This document shows positions 1 to 9,028 of a stretch of DNA of 31,850 bases, piece after piece. The position numbers and the translations under genes are program-made. How positions within the stretch are numbered: position 1 is the stretch's first letter; each line of letters starts with the position of its first letter. Source of the stretch: Myxococcota bacterium (GTDB lineage: Bacteria > Myxococcota_A > UBA796 > CAJQPC01); assembly GCA_036012755.1 (NCBI GenBank), contig DASCPX010000205.1:1-31850 (forward strand). The letters run 5' to 3'. The notes beneath the pieces were generated by a model. The model saw only the letters and a list, made by a program, of their open reading frames with translations, ran no database searches and was not told the DNA's origin.

Positions 1-928
1 CGACCTTCCAGGTGCCGTCTACCCACTCGAGCCCGAAGCTCTTGTCACGGCCCGTGCGCTTGTGGGTCATGTTCACGTGCCACATCGTGTCGATCTCGGA
101 GTCCGCCGTGATGCGACCGTAGTCATCGAGGTCCTTGATGACGAACTCCGTCCAGGGCGTGCCGTCCTCCATGCGCTCCTCGCCGCGCGGGTGGGGACCG
201 ATCTGGACGACCTCGGCCGGGGTGCAGGACCCGTACTTCTGGTCCTCGAGCATGTTGTAGCAGCTGGTGGCTTCGAGCACGCCGAGCCAGTCATGCTCCC
301 AGAGGGCGTCGTCGAGCCTGGAGACCGCCTTGTTCACGTCGCTCTTGGAAGGCCCCGAGCTCGGCGCCTTGCGTGGGCGGGGTGAGCCGTCCCGCTCCTC
401 GCCTAGGGGTAGCGGGGCAGCGCAGTCGCCGGTGACGAGGTCGAGGTCCGCTTCGATGACGGGCTTGCCCGCCTCGTCGACACCCACCTCGACCGAGCGG
501 TTGACCCAGATGTTCTCCATGCACTCGAACCATGGCGTGGGCTTGGCCATGGTGAAGGCGACCGGGACCATCCAGGACTCCTGGTTGATCGCAGGGTCGG
601 AGACGGTGACCTGGACGTCCTCGCCGACCAAGACGCACCAGCCGGTGTCGGTGGTGTCGGTGATGTAGCGCTGGCTGAGGTAGGTGGGGCTGATGCGCTG
701 GATGCCCTGGCGCCCGGAAGGCCGCTCCTGGGGCGTGTCCGCGAAGGCGAGGTTCTTCTGTTGCAGACACTCGCGGTCGAGCATCGGCGCCTCGACCCAG
801 CGGGACTTCCCGACGAGCTCGAGCCCAGCGCGGCCCGGTGGGTTGGCATCCTGGGCCGCCCTGAGGACAGCCTCCTTGGCGACGTCGGGCGAGAGCCCCG
901 GGCCGCATGCGAAGAGCATCAAGAACAC
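1..928 (-). CDS. Hypothetical lipoprotein, 3' end runs off the window
   Basis: Not in the ORF track; read by hand as an open minus-strand frame from GTG 928 (alternative ATG 919) to the edge: MFLMLFACGPGLSPDVAKEAVLRAAQ...FGLEWVDGTWKV. GC3-rich codons and a lipobox-like LFAC. Confidence 0.8.
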   Translation of the reverse strand, partial: MFLMLFACGPGLSPDVAKEAVLRAAQDANPPGRAGLELVGKSRWVEAPMLDRECLQQKNLAFADTPQERPSGRQGIQRISPTYLSQRYITDTTDTGWCVLVGEDVQVTVSDPAINQESWMVPVAFTMAKPTPWFECMENIWVNRSVEVGVDEAGKPVIEADLDLVTGDCAAPLPLGEERDGSPRPRKAPSSGPSKSDVNKAVSRLDDALWEHDWLGVLEATSCYNMLEDQKYGSCTPAEVVQIGPHPRGEERMEDGTPWTEFVIKDLDDYGRITADSEIDTMWHVNMTHKRTGRDKSFGLEWVDGTWKV

Positions 929-991
929 GGCGATCCCAGCGAAGGTCGCGGGAGCGTACCAAGCCCCCGGAGCGACGCGGTCAAGGGCGCG

Positions 992-2893
992 TCAGAGAGA
1001 GCGAGGGTCCGCCAGGTGTCCCTTCACGGCGGTGGCCGCGGCCACAGCCGGGCTGACCAGGTAGACCGGGCCAGGAGCGCCCATGCGGCGGGCGAAGTTC
1101 CGGTTCGTGGTGCTCGCGGTCGCCTCTCCGGGGAGCGGGACCCCAGGACCGTTTCCGATGCAGGAGCCGCAGCCCGGCTCGCTCACGACTGCGCCCAGTG
1201 AGCGGAAGAACTCGAGGAGACCCTCTGACTCGGCGACCGACGCGACGTCCGCAGACGACGGCGTCACAGTCAGGCGCACACCCCCGTTTAACCGGTGGCC
1301 CCGGAGCACCGAGGCGACGGCGCGCAGATCGGTCAGCGAGCCCCCCGTGCACGACGCGATGACCACGTTCTGGATCTCGACCGCTGTGTGCTCCGACAGC
1401 GGCGCGCGGTTGCGCGAGTCGCCAGGCGTCGCCACGGTCAGCGGCACCTCGGCCAGCTCGACCCGCATCACCCGGGCGTAGGTGGCGCCCTCGTCGGGGG
1501 CGACGAAGAGCCCCCCAGCCTCGACACCGCGGCGCTCGCGAAGGAAGTCCTCGATGGGCTGACACGGGGCCACCACGCCGGTCATCAGGCCCCCCTCGAC
1601 CGTCATGTTGGTGAGCACGCTGAGCTCGTCGACGTTCCAGTGCTCGAGCCCCGGTCCGCCGAACTCGACAACGCAGGTGTCGGTGGGGCGCTGCCGCCAG
1701 TGCTCCTCGCGGAAGTAGGGCATGCCGATGAGGTGGAGGATGAGGTCCTTTGCCGAGAGCGCGCCAGGGCTTCCGTGGACCTCGACCCGCACGACCTTGG
1801 GGACGGTCACCGGGATGAGACCGGTGCGCAGGGCGAAGGCCATCGCCGTGCTGCCGACACCGAAGGCGAAGGCGTTCATCACCCCGGCTGTGGGGGTGTG
1901 GGAGTCGGTCAAGACGATGACGTCGCCGGGCAACGCGTAGTCCTCGACGACGACGCGGTGGCAGACGCCGGAGGGGAAAGGCCGACCGGGACCATGGAGG
2001 CGAACGCCGAAGCGCTCGCAGGCCTCGACCATCTCCTCGGTGAGCTTCATGGCGGGGGCCAGGCGCGAGGCCTTGACGTGCTCGGGGACCGTGTCGTGGG
2101 CGATGAGCACGAAGTGGTCCTCGAAGGCCGCGACGAGGTCCGGTCGGCACATCTCTGCTTCGCCCCACTGCTGGTCGTAGAGGTCCATGACCATGCCAGC
2201 GGTGTACTCGTGCATGCCCCGGAAGGCGGCGCGACAGAGCACCTGGTCACCCGGGCGCACGCTCCCGATGCCGTAGGCGTCCCCGCCAGTCCAGACCTTG
2301 GCGGCGATGATCTTCTCCACGGCGTTCATCGGTCGGCTGGGGACGTCCGTCGCGTAGGTGGGGTCGACCTCGCCGTCGAGCAGCCGCGTGCCGTAGGCCA
2401 TGAGCCCGCCGGCTTCGCTGACGGCTCGGAAGAAGTCCGGGAGCTCTTGCGACAGCGCGCCCAGATCGATGTCCTCGCCGCTCTCGAGGCGCTCGAGGAC
2501 GCCGCGGTCCGTGGAGAACGGCATGCCCGCATAGACCATGTTCTCCTGGAAGATCCGCTGGAAGCTGTCGGCCACGACGAGCTCGATGCCAGCGCCCTGG
2601 TGGGCCACGACGGCGACCTCGCGAGAGGAGCCGCTGCCGTAGGCGTGGCCGCCCACGACGACCTGGAAGCCGCCGGTCCTGACGTCGTCCTTGGCGACGG
2701 ACTCGAGGAAGTCCTCGAGGAAGTAGGGGCCGAGGATCTCGCCGGTGTAGCCGAGCGTGCAGGCCCGGCCGCTGATCATGGCGTCGGTGTTGACACCGTA
2801 GTGGTACTCGGCGCCGTTGAAGGGGGCTCCGTCGATCTGGGCGCGGATCGCTTCGGCGTCGGTGAGGTGCAGCACCCTTCCGGTGAGCTTCAT
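992..2893 (-). CDS. Aconitase-family [4Fe-4S] hydratase, single-chain LeuD-like swivel plus LeuC-like domains (about 633 aa)
   Basis: N-terminal swivel motifs NTDAM, YGSGSSRE, SFQRIFQEN. C-terminal EDH, GVCH, TDSHT, SCTGG, GCGSCIG, STTNRNFARRMG, VYLVSP. ATG 2893 overlaps the thiD stop (ATGA). Confidence 0.9.
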   Translation of the reverse strand: MKLTGRVLHLTDAEAIRAQIDGAPFNGAEYHYGVNTDAMISGRACTLGYTGEILGPYFLEDFLESVAKDDVRTGGFQVVVGGHAYGSGSSREVAVVAHQGAGIELVVADSFQRIFQENMVYAGMPFSTDRGVLERLESGEDIDLGALSQELPDFFRAVSEAGGLMAYGTRLLDGEVDPTYATDVPSRPMNAVEKIIAAKVWTGGDAYGIGSVRPGDQVLCRAAFRGMHEYTAGMVMDLYDQQWGEAEMCRPDLVAAFEDHFVLIAHDTVPEHVKASRLAPAMKLTEEMVEACERFGVRLHGPGRPFPSGVCHRVVVEDYALPGDVIVLTDSHTPTAGVMNAFAFGVGSTAMAFALRTGLIPVTVPKVVRVEVHGSPGALSAKDLILHLIGMPYFREEHWRQRPTDTCVVEFGGPGLEHWNVDELSVLTNMTVEGGLMTGVVAPCQPIEDFLRERRGVEAGGLFVAPDEGATYARVMRVELAEVPLTVATPGDSRNRAPLSEHTAVEIQNVVIASCTGGSLTDLRAVASVLRGHRLNGGVRLTVTPSSADVASVAESEGLLEFFRSLGAVVSEPGCGSCIGNGPGVPLPGEATASTTNRNFARRMGAPGPVYLVSPAVAAATAVKGHLADPRSL

Positions 2894-3624
2894 TCGGGCC
2901 TCCGTGGCGCCAATAACCCGTGCAACAGTGGGCCTTCGCCGCCTCCCAGGCTGTGCCCCGCGCTCCTCGCGATGCACTCGGTCGTCCACCTCAGCGCGCC
3001 GTCGATGGCGTCTTCGAGCTCCTCGCCGAGAGCCAGCCGAGCCGCGATGGCAGAAGACAAGGTGCAGCCCGTGCCGTGGAGGTTGCGGGTGTCGATCCGA
3101 GGGTGCTCCCACTCCCGGTCTCCCCCGGGGCCGACCAGGCGCTCGACCAGGACATCCCCTTCTGAGTGGCCGCCGGTGATCAGGACGCTCGTGTCCAGCT
3201 CGACCAGCCACGGCAGCGCCTCGAGCTCCAGCTGGTTTGGCGTCACGAGCGTCGCCATCTGGGCGAGTTCCATGAGCGCGCTGGGGTCCTCGTTGAGGGG
3301 GGCACCGGTCGACGAGCCGAGCACCGGGTCGAGCACGATCGGGACCTCGAGGGCCTCCAGCGCCCGGACCACCGCCCGGGTCACGGCGGCGTCGCCGAGC
3401 ATGCCGATCTTGACGCCGTGGACCGGCATGTCCTCCAGCACGGCGCGGATCTGGGCGCTCACTCCCCCCGGGCCGACCGGCTGCACCCACCGGACTCGCC
3501 GGGTGTTCTGGGCGGTCAGGGCAGTGACCACCGCCATTCCATAGACGCCATGGGCCTGGAAGGTCTTGAGGTCCGCACCGATCCCGGCGCCGCCGCTTGG
3601 GTCCGATCCGGCGATCGAGAGCAC
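2890..3624 (-). CDS. thiD: Hydroxymethylpyrimidine/phosphomethylpyrimidine kinase
   Basis: LSIAGSDPSGGAGIGADLKT, TALTAQNT, VKIGML, VLDPV, TPN, HGTGCTLSSAIAA, GxGPxxH. Start taken at GTG 3624; ATG 3672 is an alternative. Confidence 0.93.
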   Translation of the reverse strand: MLSIAGSDPSGGAGIGADLKTFQAHGVYGMAVVTALTAQNTRRVRWVQPVGPGGVSAQIRAVLEDMPVHGVKIGMLGDAAVTRAVVRALEALEVPIVLDPVLGSSTGAPLNEDPSALMELAQMATLVTPNQLELEALPWLVELDTSVLITGGHSEGDVLVERLVGPGGDREWEHPRIDTRNLHGTGCTLSSAIAARLALGEELEDAIDGALRWTTECIARSAGHSLGGGEGPLLHGLLAPRRPE

Positions 3625-3650
3625 GCAGCGTACGTTATTGTTCCTCTCTG
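3625..3650. promoter_or_regulatory. Candidate overlapping divergent -10 elements (possibly leaderless)
   Basis: 26-bp AT-enriched gap. Minus strand has TAACGT 7 nt before the thiD GTG; plus strand has TATTGT at 3636-3641 before CTG 3648/GTG 3651. No Shine-Dalgarno on either side. Confidence 0.4.
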
Positions 3651-4505
3651 GTGCTCCTGCTCTTGGCCACATCGTGCCTCCCGGAGCTCCCTGTTGCGGA
3701 GCAAGGTGCCGGTGTGTGCACCTACTACCTCGACGTCGACCTCGATGGCTTCGGAGATCCGGAGACCGCCTGGGACGAGGCCTGCGGGCTGGACGCCGTC
3801 ACCCTCGGCGGCGACTGCAACGACCTCGACGAGGACATCAACCCAGACGCCTACGAGCTCTGCAACGGCCGGGACGACGACTGCGACGGGGGCGTCGATG
3901 TCGAGGCCGAGGACGCCGACCGCTGGTACCGAGACCGAGACCACGACGGCTGGGGCAACCCCGACGAGAGCGCCCGCTCCTGCACGCAGCCCGATGGCTG
4001 GGTCGCCGAGTCGGGGGACTGCGACGACGAGGACGTCAACGTGAACCCGGCCGGCATCGAGGTGTGCAACGAGCTCGACGACGACTGCAACGGCAGCGTC
4101 GACGACGATCCCGCCGACCCGCTGACCTTCTACGTGGACGGGGATCTCGACGGCTTCGGAGACCCGGCGACCTATGCTTATGCCTGCTCCGCCCCCACCG
4201 GCTACGTCGACAACGCAGAGGACTGCTTCGACGGCAACGCCGACGCCAGCCCGATCCAGACCGCGTTCTTCGTCGTCGACCGCGGCGACGGCGTCTTCGA
4301 CTACGACTGCGACGGCGCCACGACCCCGCTGGTCCCGGACTTCGGGTCCTGCAACTGGTCGATGTCCGCCTGCTCGCTGAACACCGCGGGCTGGTGGGAG
4401 TGGTCGATCCCCGCTTGCGGCGAGCCCGGCGAGCTGCTCTACGACTGCACCGGCTCCTGGGACTGCGTGGAGCAGACGACGACCGAGACCCAGAGCTGCC
4501 GCTGA
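3651..4505 (+). CDS. Lipoprotein with MopE-like 'putative metal-binding motif' Cys/Asp repeats
   Basis: MLLLLATSC signal. Repeats DCNDLDEDINPDAYELCNGRDDDCDGGVD and DCDDEDVNVNPAGIEVCNELDDDCNGSVD alternate with YxDxDxDGFGD units. Confidence 0.85.
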   Translation: MLLLLATSCLPELPVAEQGAGVCTYYLDVDLDGFGDPETAWDEACGLDAVTLGGDCNDLDEDINPDAYELCNGRDDDCDGGVDVEAEDADRWYRDRDHDGWGNPDESARSCTQPDGWVAESGDCDDEDVNVNPAGIEVCNELDDDCNGSVDDDPADPLTFYVDGDLDGFGDPATYAYACSAPTGYVDNAEDCFDGNADASPIQTAFFVVDRGDGVFDYDCDGATTPLVPDFGSCNWSMSACSLNTAGWWEWSIPACGEPGELLYDCTGSWDCVEQTTTETQSCR

Positions 4506-4560
4506 GTCCTTCGACGGCCCCGGGGCCGAGGCGATAGTCCCCTCCCCCGAGGAGATGGGT

Positions 4561-6051
4561 ATGAACGTCGCAGAGGCCTGGACCGAGCTGACCGCGCGGA
4601 CCTCCGAGATCACCGTCATCGAAGGCCTGATGGGTGTGGTCGAGTGGGATCAGCAGGTGATGATGCCGAGAGCCGGCGCCACCGCCAGGGGCCAGCAGAT
4701 GGCCCTGTTGAGCGGCCTCCACCACCAGAAGGTCACCGACGAGCGCGTCGCCGAGCTCCTCGATGTGCTCTCAGCGGCCGACCTCGACGAAACCCGGGCC
4801 GCGAGCGTTCGCAACCTCAGGCGCGACCACGAGCGCGCGGCGAGGGTGCCCCCGGACCTCGTGAAGCGCGCCGCGATCGCCAGGGCGGCGGCCTTCCCGG
4901 CCTGGGCGCAGGCCAAGAACGACGACGACTGGGGGTCCTTCGAGCCCCACCTCGTCACCCTGCTCGATCTCGCGAAGCAGACCGTCGAGGCCGTGCGCGA
5001 GGACCAGGCGGACGCCTACGACGTGCTGCTCGCCCCCTTCGATCCGGGCTCTACGGTCGCGGTCCTCGATCCCATGTTCGAGAGGCTGTCCGCCGAGCTC
5101 CAGGAGTTCCTCTCGGCGATCGAGGGCATCGAGGGGCCGGCGCCGCTCCAGGGGACCTGGGACGTCGCCGCCCAGGACGGCATGCACAAGCACATCGCGG
5201 CGTCGCTGGGCTTCGACTTCGACCGCGGACGCCTGGACGACTCGGAGCACCCCTTCACCGTCGGCATCGCCCCAGGAGACGTGCGGATCACCACCCACAT
5301 CTACCCGGACGGGCTGCTGCGGGGTCTCTCCGGCACCATCCACGAGCTCGGCCACGGGCTCTACGAGCAGGGCCTGCCCGCCGAGCTCCACGGGCTCCCC
5401 TGCGGCGGCGCGGCGAGCTTCGGCCTGCACGAGTCCCAGTCCCGATTCTGGGAGAACTTCATCGGCCGCAGCCGGGCTTTCTGCGGCTGGCTCTCGAGCC
5501 GTGTGACCGACCACCTCAACGACGACATCGACCCCGACGCGCTCTACGGCGCAGCCAACCGGGTGCAGCCCAGCCTCATCCGGATCTTCGCGGACGAGGC
5601 CACCTACAACCTCCACATCGTCGTGCGCTACCAGCTGGAGCGAGCGCTGTTCGCAGGTGACATCAACGTCTCCGAGCTCCCGGGCGCGTGGTCCGACACC
5701 TACGAAAAGGTCCTGGGTGTGCGGCCGAAGAACGACGCGGAGGGGGTGCTCCAGGACGTGCACTGGGCCGGCTCGATGTTCGCCTACTTCCCCAGCTACA
5801 CCCTCGGCAACCTCTACGCCGCCAGCCTCGGCGCCCAGCTGCAGGAGGAACTCCCGGACCTCTGGGAGCGCGTCGCCGTCGGTGACTTCGCCCCGATCCT
5901 GGGCTGGCTCCGCGAGCACGTGCACGCCCGGGCCCACCTGGCCGATGCTCCGGACATCCTTCGGGCGAAGCTCGGCCAGCGCGACCACGTCGAGGACCTC
6001 GTCGCCTACCTCTGGGGTCGCCACGGCGCCATCTACGGGGTGTCCCGCTGA
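4561..6051 (+). CDS. Carboxypeptidase Taq, peptidase family M32
   Basis: HPF, DVRITT, HELGH (HEXXH), HESQSRFWEN, IRxxADE, GVLQDVHW, YFPSYTLG. GAGGAG lies 6 nt before ATG 4561. Confidence 0.95.
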   Translation: MNVAEAWTELTARTSEITVIEGLMGVVEWDQQVMMPRAGATARGQQMALLSGLHHQKVTDERVAELLDVLSAADLDETRAASVRNLRRDHERAARVPPDLVKRAAIARAAAFPAWAQAKNDDDWGSFEPHLVTLLDLAKQTVEAVREDQADAYDVLLAPFDPGSTVAVLDPMFERLSAELQEFLSAIEGIEGPAPLQGTWDVAAQDGMHKHIAASLGFDFDRGRLDDSEHPFTVGIAPGDVRITTHIYPDGLLRGLSGTIHELGHGLYEQGLPAELHGLPCGGAASFGLHESQSRFWENFIGRSRAFCGWLSSRVTDHLNDDIDPDALYGAANRVQPSLIRIFADEATYNLHIVVRYQLERALFAGDINVSELPGAWSDTYEKVLGVRPKNDAEGVLQDVHWAGSMFAYFPSYTLGNLYAASLGAQLQEELPDLWERVAVGDFAPILGWLREHVHARAHLADAPDILRAKLGQRDHVEDLVAYLWGRHGAIYGVSR

Positions 6052-6052
6052 G

Positions 6053-7063
6053 ATGAAGACCTGGGGTGCCGGAGAGAAGCTCGTCTCCGAGCGGGGCGTC
6101 CACGCTGTCGCCAGCGGTCCCGGCGCGGACATCGCCCGCGCCTCGGTCAGAGCGCAGATGGACTCCCTCTGCGAGCTCGCCGCCGCCTGCCGCCCGGATG
6201 ACCCGGCGAGCCGTCTGGACCTGCTCGGTGGGATCGACAGGGTCTTCCAGGATGCCAGCTCGGATGCACACGCCGCGGGCTTCGTCGCCCACCTCACGGT
6301 CGTGGTCGTCGTCGGCGAGCGCTTCTACGTCGGCCACAGCGGGGACACCCGGCTGGATCGCTACCGCATGCCGACACGGGAGCGGCTGGTGAACGCCCTG
6401 CCCTACCACGAGCTCGGGCGCCTCCCGGTCGTGGACGCGGACCTCTTCGAGGTCGTCGTGCAGCCTGGCGACCTCTTCCTGCTCGGAACACCCGACGCCA
6501 TCGAGCTGTCGCTGGAGCTGATGGGACGCCGGGCCCGCCAGCTGGCGGCGGGGCTGGTCGACCTGTTGGACGACAGGCCGCTGGAGGCCTGTGTCGTCCT
6601 CTACCTGACCGACGGAGCCAGCGCCGAGCGCATGCTCTCCGCCATCCTCTCGCGGCAGCCGCTCTTCGAGCACTTCGACCGCCCTGCCCTGCGCCGCCTG
6701 CGCCCATACCTGCGCGAGGTCTACCTCGGCCGGGACGAGCTCGTCTTCGAGGCTGGGGACGAGTCCCTGGAGCTCTTCCTCGTCGTCGCCGGCCAGCTCG
6801 ACGTCCAGCGAGAGGGTCTCCCCCTCACCGCCCTCGGGTCAGGGGATCACTTCGGCGAGGTCGGCCTCGCCCTCGGTCAGCCGAGGACCGCCACGGTGCG
6901 GTCTTGTTCGGCCTGTCACCTGCTTGCCCTGGACCGCGACCGCCTCAACGCGCTGCTCACCGACCGCCCGGACCTCGCCGGGCTGTTCATGCAGGGCCTC
7001 GTCGAGTCCCTCGCGGAGCGTCTCGCCGACCTGACGACGCGGCTGGTCGAGGCTTCGCGCTGA
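6053..7063 (+). CDS. Degenerate PP2C-like domain fused to a cyclic-nucleotide-binding domain
   Basis: LTVVVVVGERFYVGHSGDTRL and QPGDLFLL are PP2C-like. VFEAGDESLELFLVVAGQLDV...GDHFGEVGLALGQPRTATVRS is a cNMP cassette. ATG sits 1 nt after the M32 stop. Confidence 0.8.
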   Translation: MKTWGAGEKLVSERGVHAVASGPGADIARASVRAQMDSLCELAAACRPDDPASRLDLLGGIDRVFQDASSDAHAAGFVAHLTVVVVVGERFYVGHSGDTRLDRYRMPTRERLVNALPYHELGRLPVVDADLFEVVVQPGDLFLLGTPDAIELSLELMGRRARQLAAGLVDLLDDRPLEACVVLYLTDGASAERMLSAILSRQPLFEHFDRPALRRLRPYLREVYLGRDELVFEAGDESLELFLVVAGQLDVQREGLPLTALGSGDHFGEVGLALGQPRTATVRSCSACHLLALDRDRLNALLTDRPDLAGLFMQGLVESLAERLADLTTRLVEASR

Positions 7064-7082
7064 GCGCAATCCCCGAGCGGCA

Positions 7083-8999
7083 CTAGTCGCAGCCCGTCTC
7101 GGCCCGGGTGCTCTCGCAGACGCCGTCGCAGTACTGCTCGATCACGCCGGTGGTGAGGAAGTCGTGGAGCTGCTGCTGGGCGGCGGCCTCTCGACGGGGA
7201 CACTCGTGGGTGTCGTCCTCGTTCTCGGGCGGGGTGTTGTCCGCGGGCGCGTCGGGCACGTCCGTGTAGTGCCACTCGACGAGGGCGCTGCCCTCGAAGG
7301 GAGCCTCCTGCTCGTCCACGCCCCAGACCTGGCGGGTCTCCGGCGCGACCGTGCTCTGACCGTAGGCCCGAGCCAGGATGTGAGCTCCCAGCGGCGTGAC
7401 CTGGGCGTCGCCGATGGCCACCTGCTGGAGGATCTGCTTGGGGGGGTTGCCGCCGATGGGCTCCTGGTTCATCTGCCAGGCCCAGCCAGCAGCCTCCGCC
7501 GGGTCCCACAGGGTCTGCATCGCCGCGATCAAGAAGGCGATGTCGCGGTGATCGTCGAACTTGGCCTGGAAGACCAGGAAGAAGGGCGTGAAGTCCGCGC
7601 TGCGTGACAGGAGGATGGCGTAGGGGGAGCCGCCGACGCCGAGCACAGCTCGCTCGATCTGGTCGCTCATGCCGACGTAGCCGCCGCCCAGGATCGCGCC
7701 CTGGGAGTTGCCGTAGTAGCCGACGGACTCGGTGTCCACGAGGGGCACCTCGCCGACGAAGAGCTCCTCGTCCTCTGCCAGCGGACCCCGGATCAGCCTG
7801 AGCGCGAGGTCCTTCTCCACGAAGCCCTGGAGGCTGCGCTCGGGGAGCAGGGCGAAGTCGGAGACGTCGAAGACCAGCATCTCGGTGACGGCGTTCCGGT
7901 CGTCCTCGGCCATTCCGACCCAGTCGCTGGCGATGACGATCCAGCCGTACTCGTCAGCCATTTGCGAGAGGTAGCCCGTGCGGGCCTCGCTCTTGTCGCC
8001 GAGCAGCCCGTGGCCGTACTGCAGGATCATGCCGGGGGCCGGCTCCTCCAGCAGGGAGCAGGGGATGCGCACCATGACCTCTGCGGTGGTGTCGCCGTTG
8101 TAGTAGGGCATGCCGTCGGCGTCGCGGGTCAGGAAGGTGCCGGGCTCGCCGGTCTCCGTGTACATCGGCACGGTGAAGTCGACATAGAGGGTCTTGCCGA
8201 TGGTGGCACCCTCCGAGCAGTCCTCTTCGTCGATGCTCGTGATGGTGTAGTCGCCGGTGAAGCGCTCGGCCGCGTCGTCGCGCATCCAGATGGCCCTATC
8301 CAGGCTGTTCTCTGCGCTGACCGTCACGAAGTCCCAGGCCAGCTGCAGCTCGCCGCGGCTCATGCCGGCGTCCTCGAGCACCGGGAAGATGGCGCCGTCG
8401 AAGTAGGAGCGGCGACCCTCGACGTCCCAGGTGTCCGTCTCCGTGCCGTCGCGCAAAGAGGCGAAGGCGGAGGACACATCGACGCTCCCGCCGTCCCCCT
8501 TCTGCAGCCCACGGATGCCGACGACGTAGCGGGTGGCGTGCTTCAGCGGCGTGACGGGGCGGATGATCAGGAAGCGCTGGGCCTCGAACTCCGCCGTCAT
8601 GTCGAGCTCGGCGAAGTAGGGGACGCGGTCCCCCGTCTCCGCATCGACGAGGAAGATCGTCGCGTCGTCCCCGAGCGAGGCCTCGATGTCGTCGTGGTGG
8701 ACGAGGCCCTCGCTGGAGAGACCGTCGAAGAAGGTCAACAGCGGGGTCAGGGTGGAGAAGCCATCCTTCTCGTTCCAGAAGTCCGGGCGGATGGGGAGGT
8801 CGTCCCGGTTCACGGGCAGCGAGTTGTCGGAGAAGGCGATGCGCCAGCCGCTCACCGCCGAGCTGTCCTCGGCCATGTGGTAGGTCGAGGGGTAGGGCGT
8901 GTAGCACTTCGACTCGTCCGTCGGGTCGCAGCCGGAGTAGACCTCGACGAGGGGCTCGTCCTTGCCGTTGCAGGACAGCGCGAAGAAGACGGCGAGCAT
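7083..8999 (-). CDS. Lipoprotein with alpha/beta-hydrolase (lipase/esterase-like) domain
   Basis: MLAVFFALSC lipobox, NEKDGFS, YGHGLLG oxyanion-type motif, YYGNSQGAILG nucleophile elbow, GDAQV, late His (DTHE). AGGGAG SD. Confidence 0.8.
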   Translation of the reverse strand: MLAVFFALSCNGKDEPLVEVYSGCDPTDESKCYTPYPSTYHMAEDSSAVSGWRIAFSDNSLPVNRDDLPIRPDFWNEKDGFSTLTPLLTFFDGLSSEGLVHHDDIEASLGDDATIFLVDAETGDRVPYFAELDMTAEFEAQRFLIIRPVTPLKHATRYVVGIRGLQKGDGGSVDVSSAFASLRDGTETDTWDVEGRRSYFDGAIFPVLEDAGMSRGELQLAWDFVTVSAENSLDRAIWMRDDAAERFTGDYTITSIDEEDCSEGATIGKTLYVDFTVPMYTETGEPGTFLTRDADGMPYYNGDTTAEVMVRIPCSLLEEPAPGMILQYGHGLLGDKSEARTGYLSQMADEYGWIVIASDWVGMAEDDRNAVTEMLVFDVSDFALLPERSLQGFVEKDLALRLIRGPLAEDEELFVGEVPLVDTESVGYYGNSQGAILGGGYVGMSDQIERAVLGVGGSPYAILLSRSADFTPFFLVFQAKFDDHRDIAFLIAAMQTLWDPAEAAGWAWQMNQEPIGGNPPKQILQQVAIGDAQVTPLGAHILARAYGQSTVAPETRQVWGVDEQEAPFEGSALVEWHYTDVPDAPADNTPPENEDDTHECPRREAAAQQQLHDFLTTGVIEQYCDGVCESTRAETGCD

Positions 9000-9028
9000 G
9001 GGATCTCCCTGGAAGCCCCTGTATTTAT

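Noticed and set aside
2894..3490. 832-aa ORF extension suggesting a ThiD-aconitase fusion or long N-terminal domain
   Set aside because: The extension is Arg/Gly/Pro-rich off-frame read-through of thiD; the real start is the coupled ATG at 2893.
1295..3544. Long antisense ORFs (this one, 4771-6297, 10717-12645, 14370-16139, 29188-30432, 30391-31617)
   Set aside because: They are shadow frames of well-supported genes, expected in high-GC DNA, and carry no recognisable motifs.
3720..4320. DNA-level repeats (GACGACGACTGC etc.)
   Set aside because: Fully explained by the encoded Cys/Asp protein repeats.
4515..4528. Perfect 14-bp palindrome CGGCCCCGGGGCCG after the repeat lipoprotein
   Set aside because: All G/C, single copy and no U-tract, so plausible by chance at this GC content.
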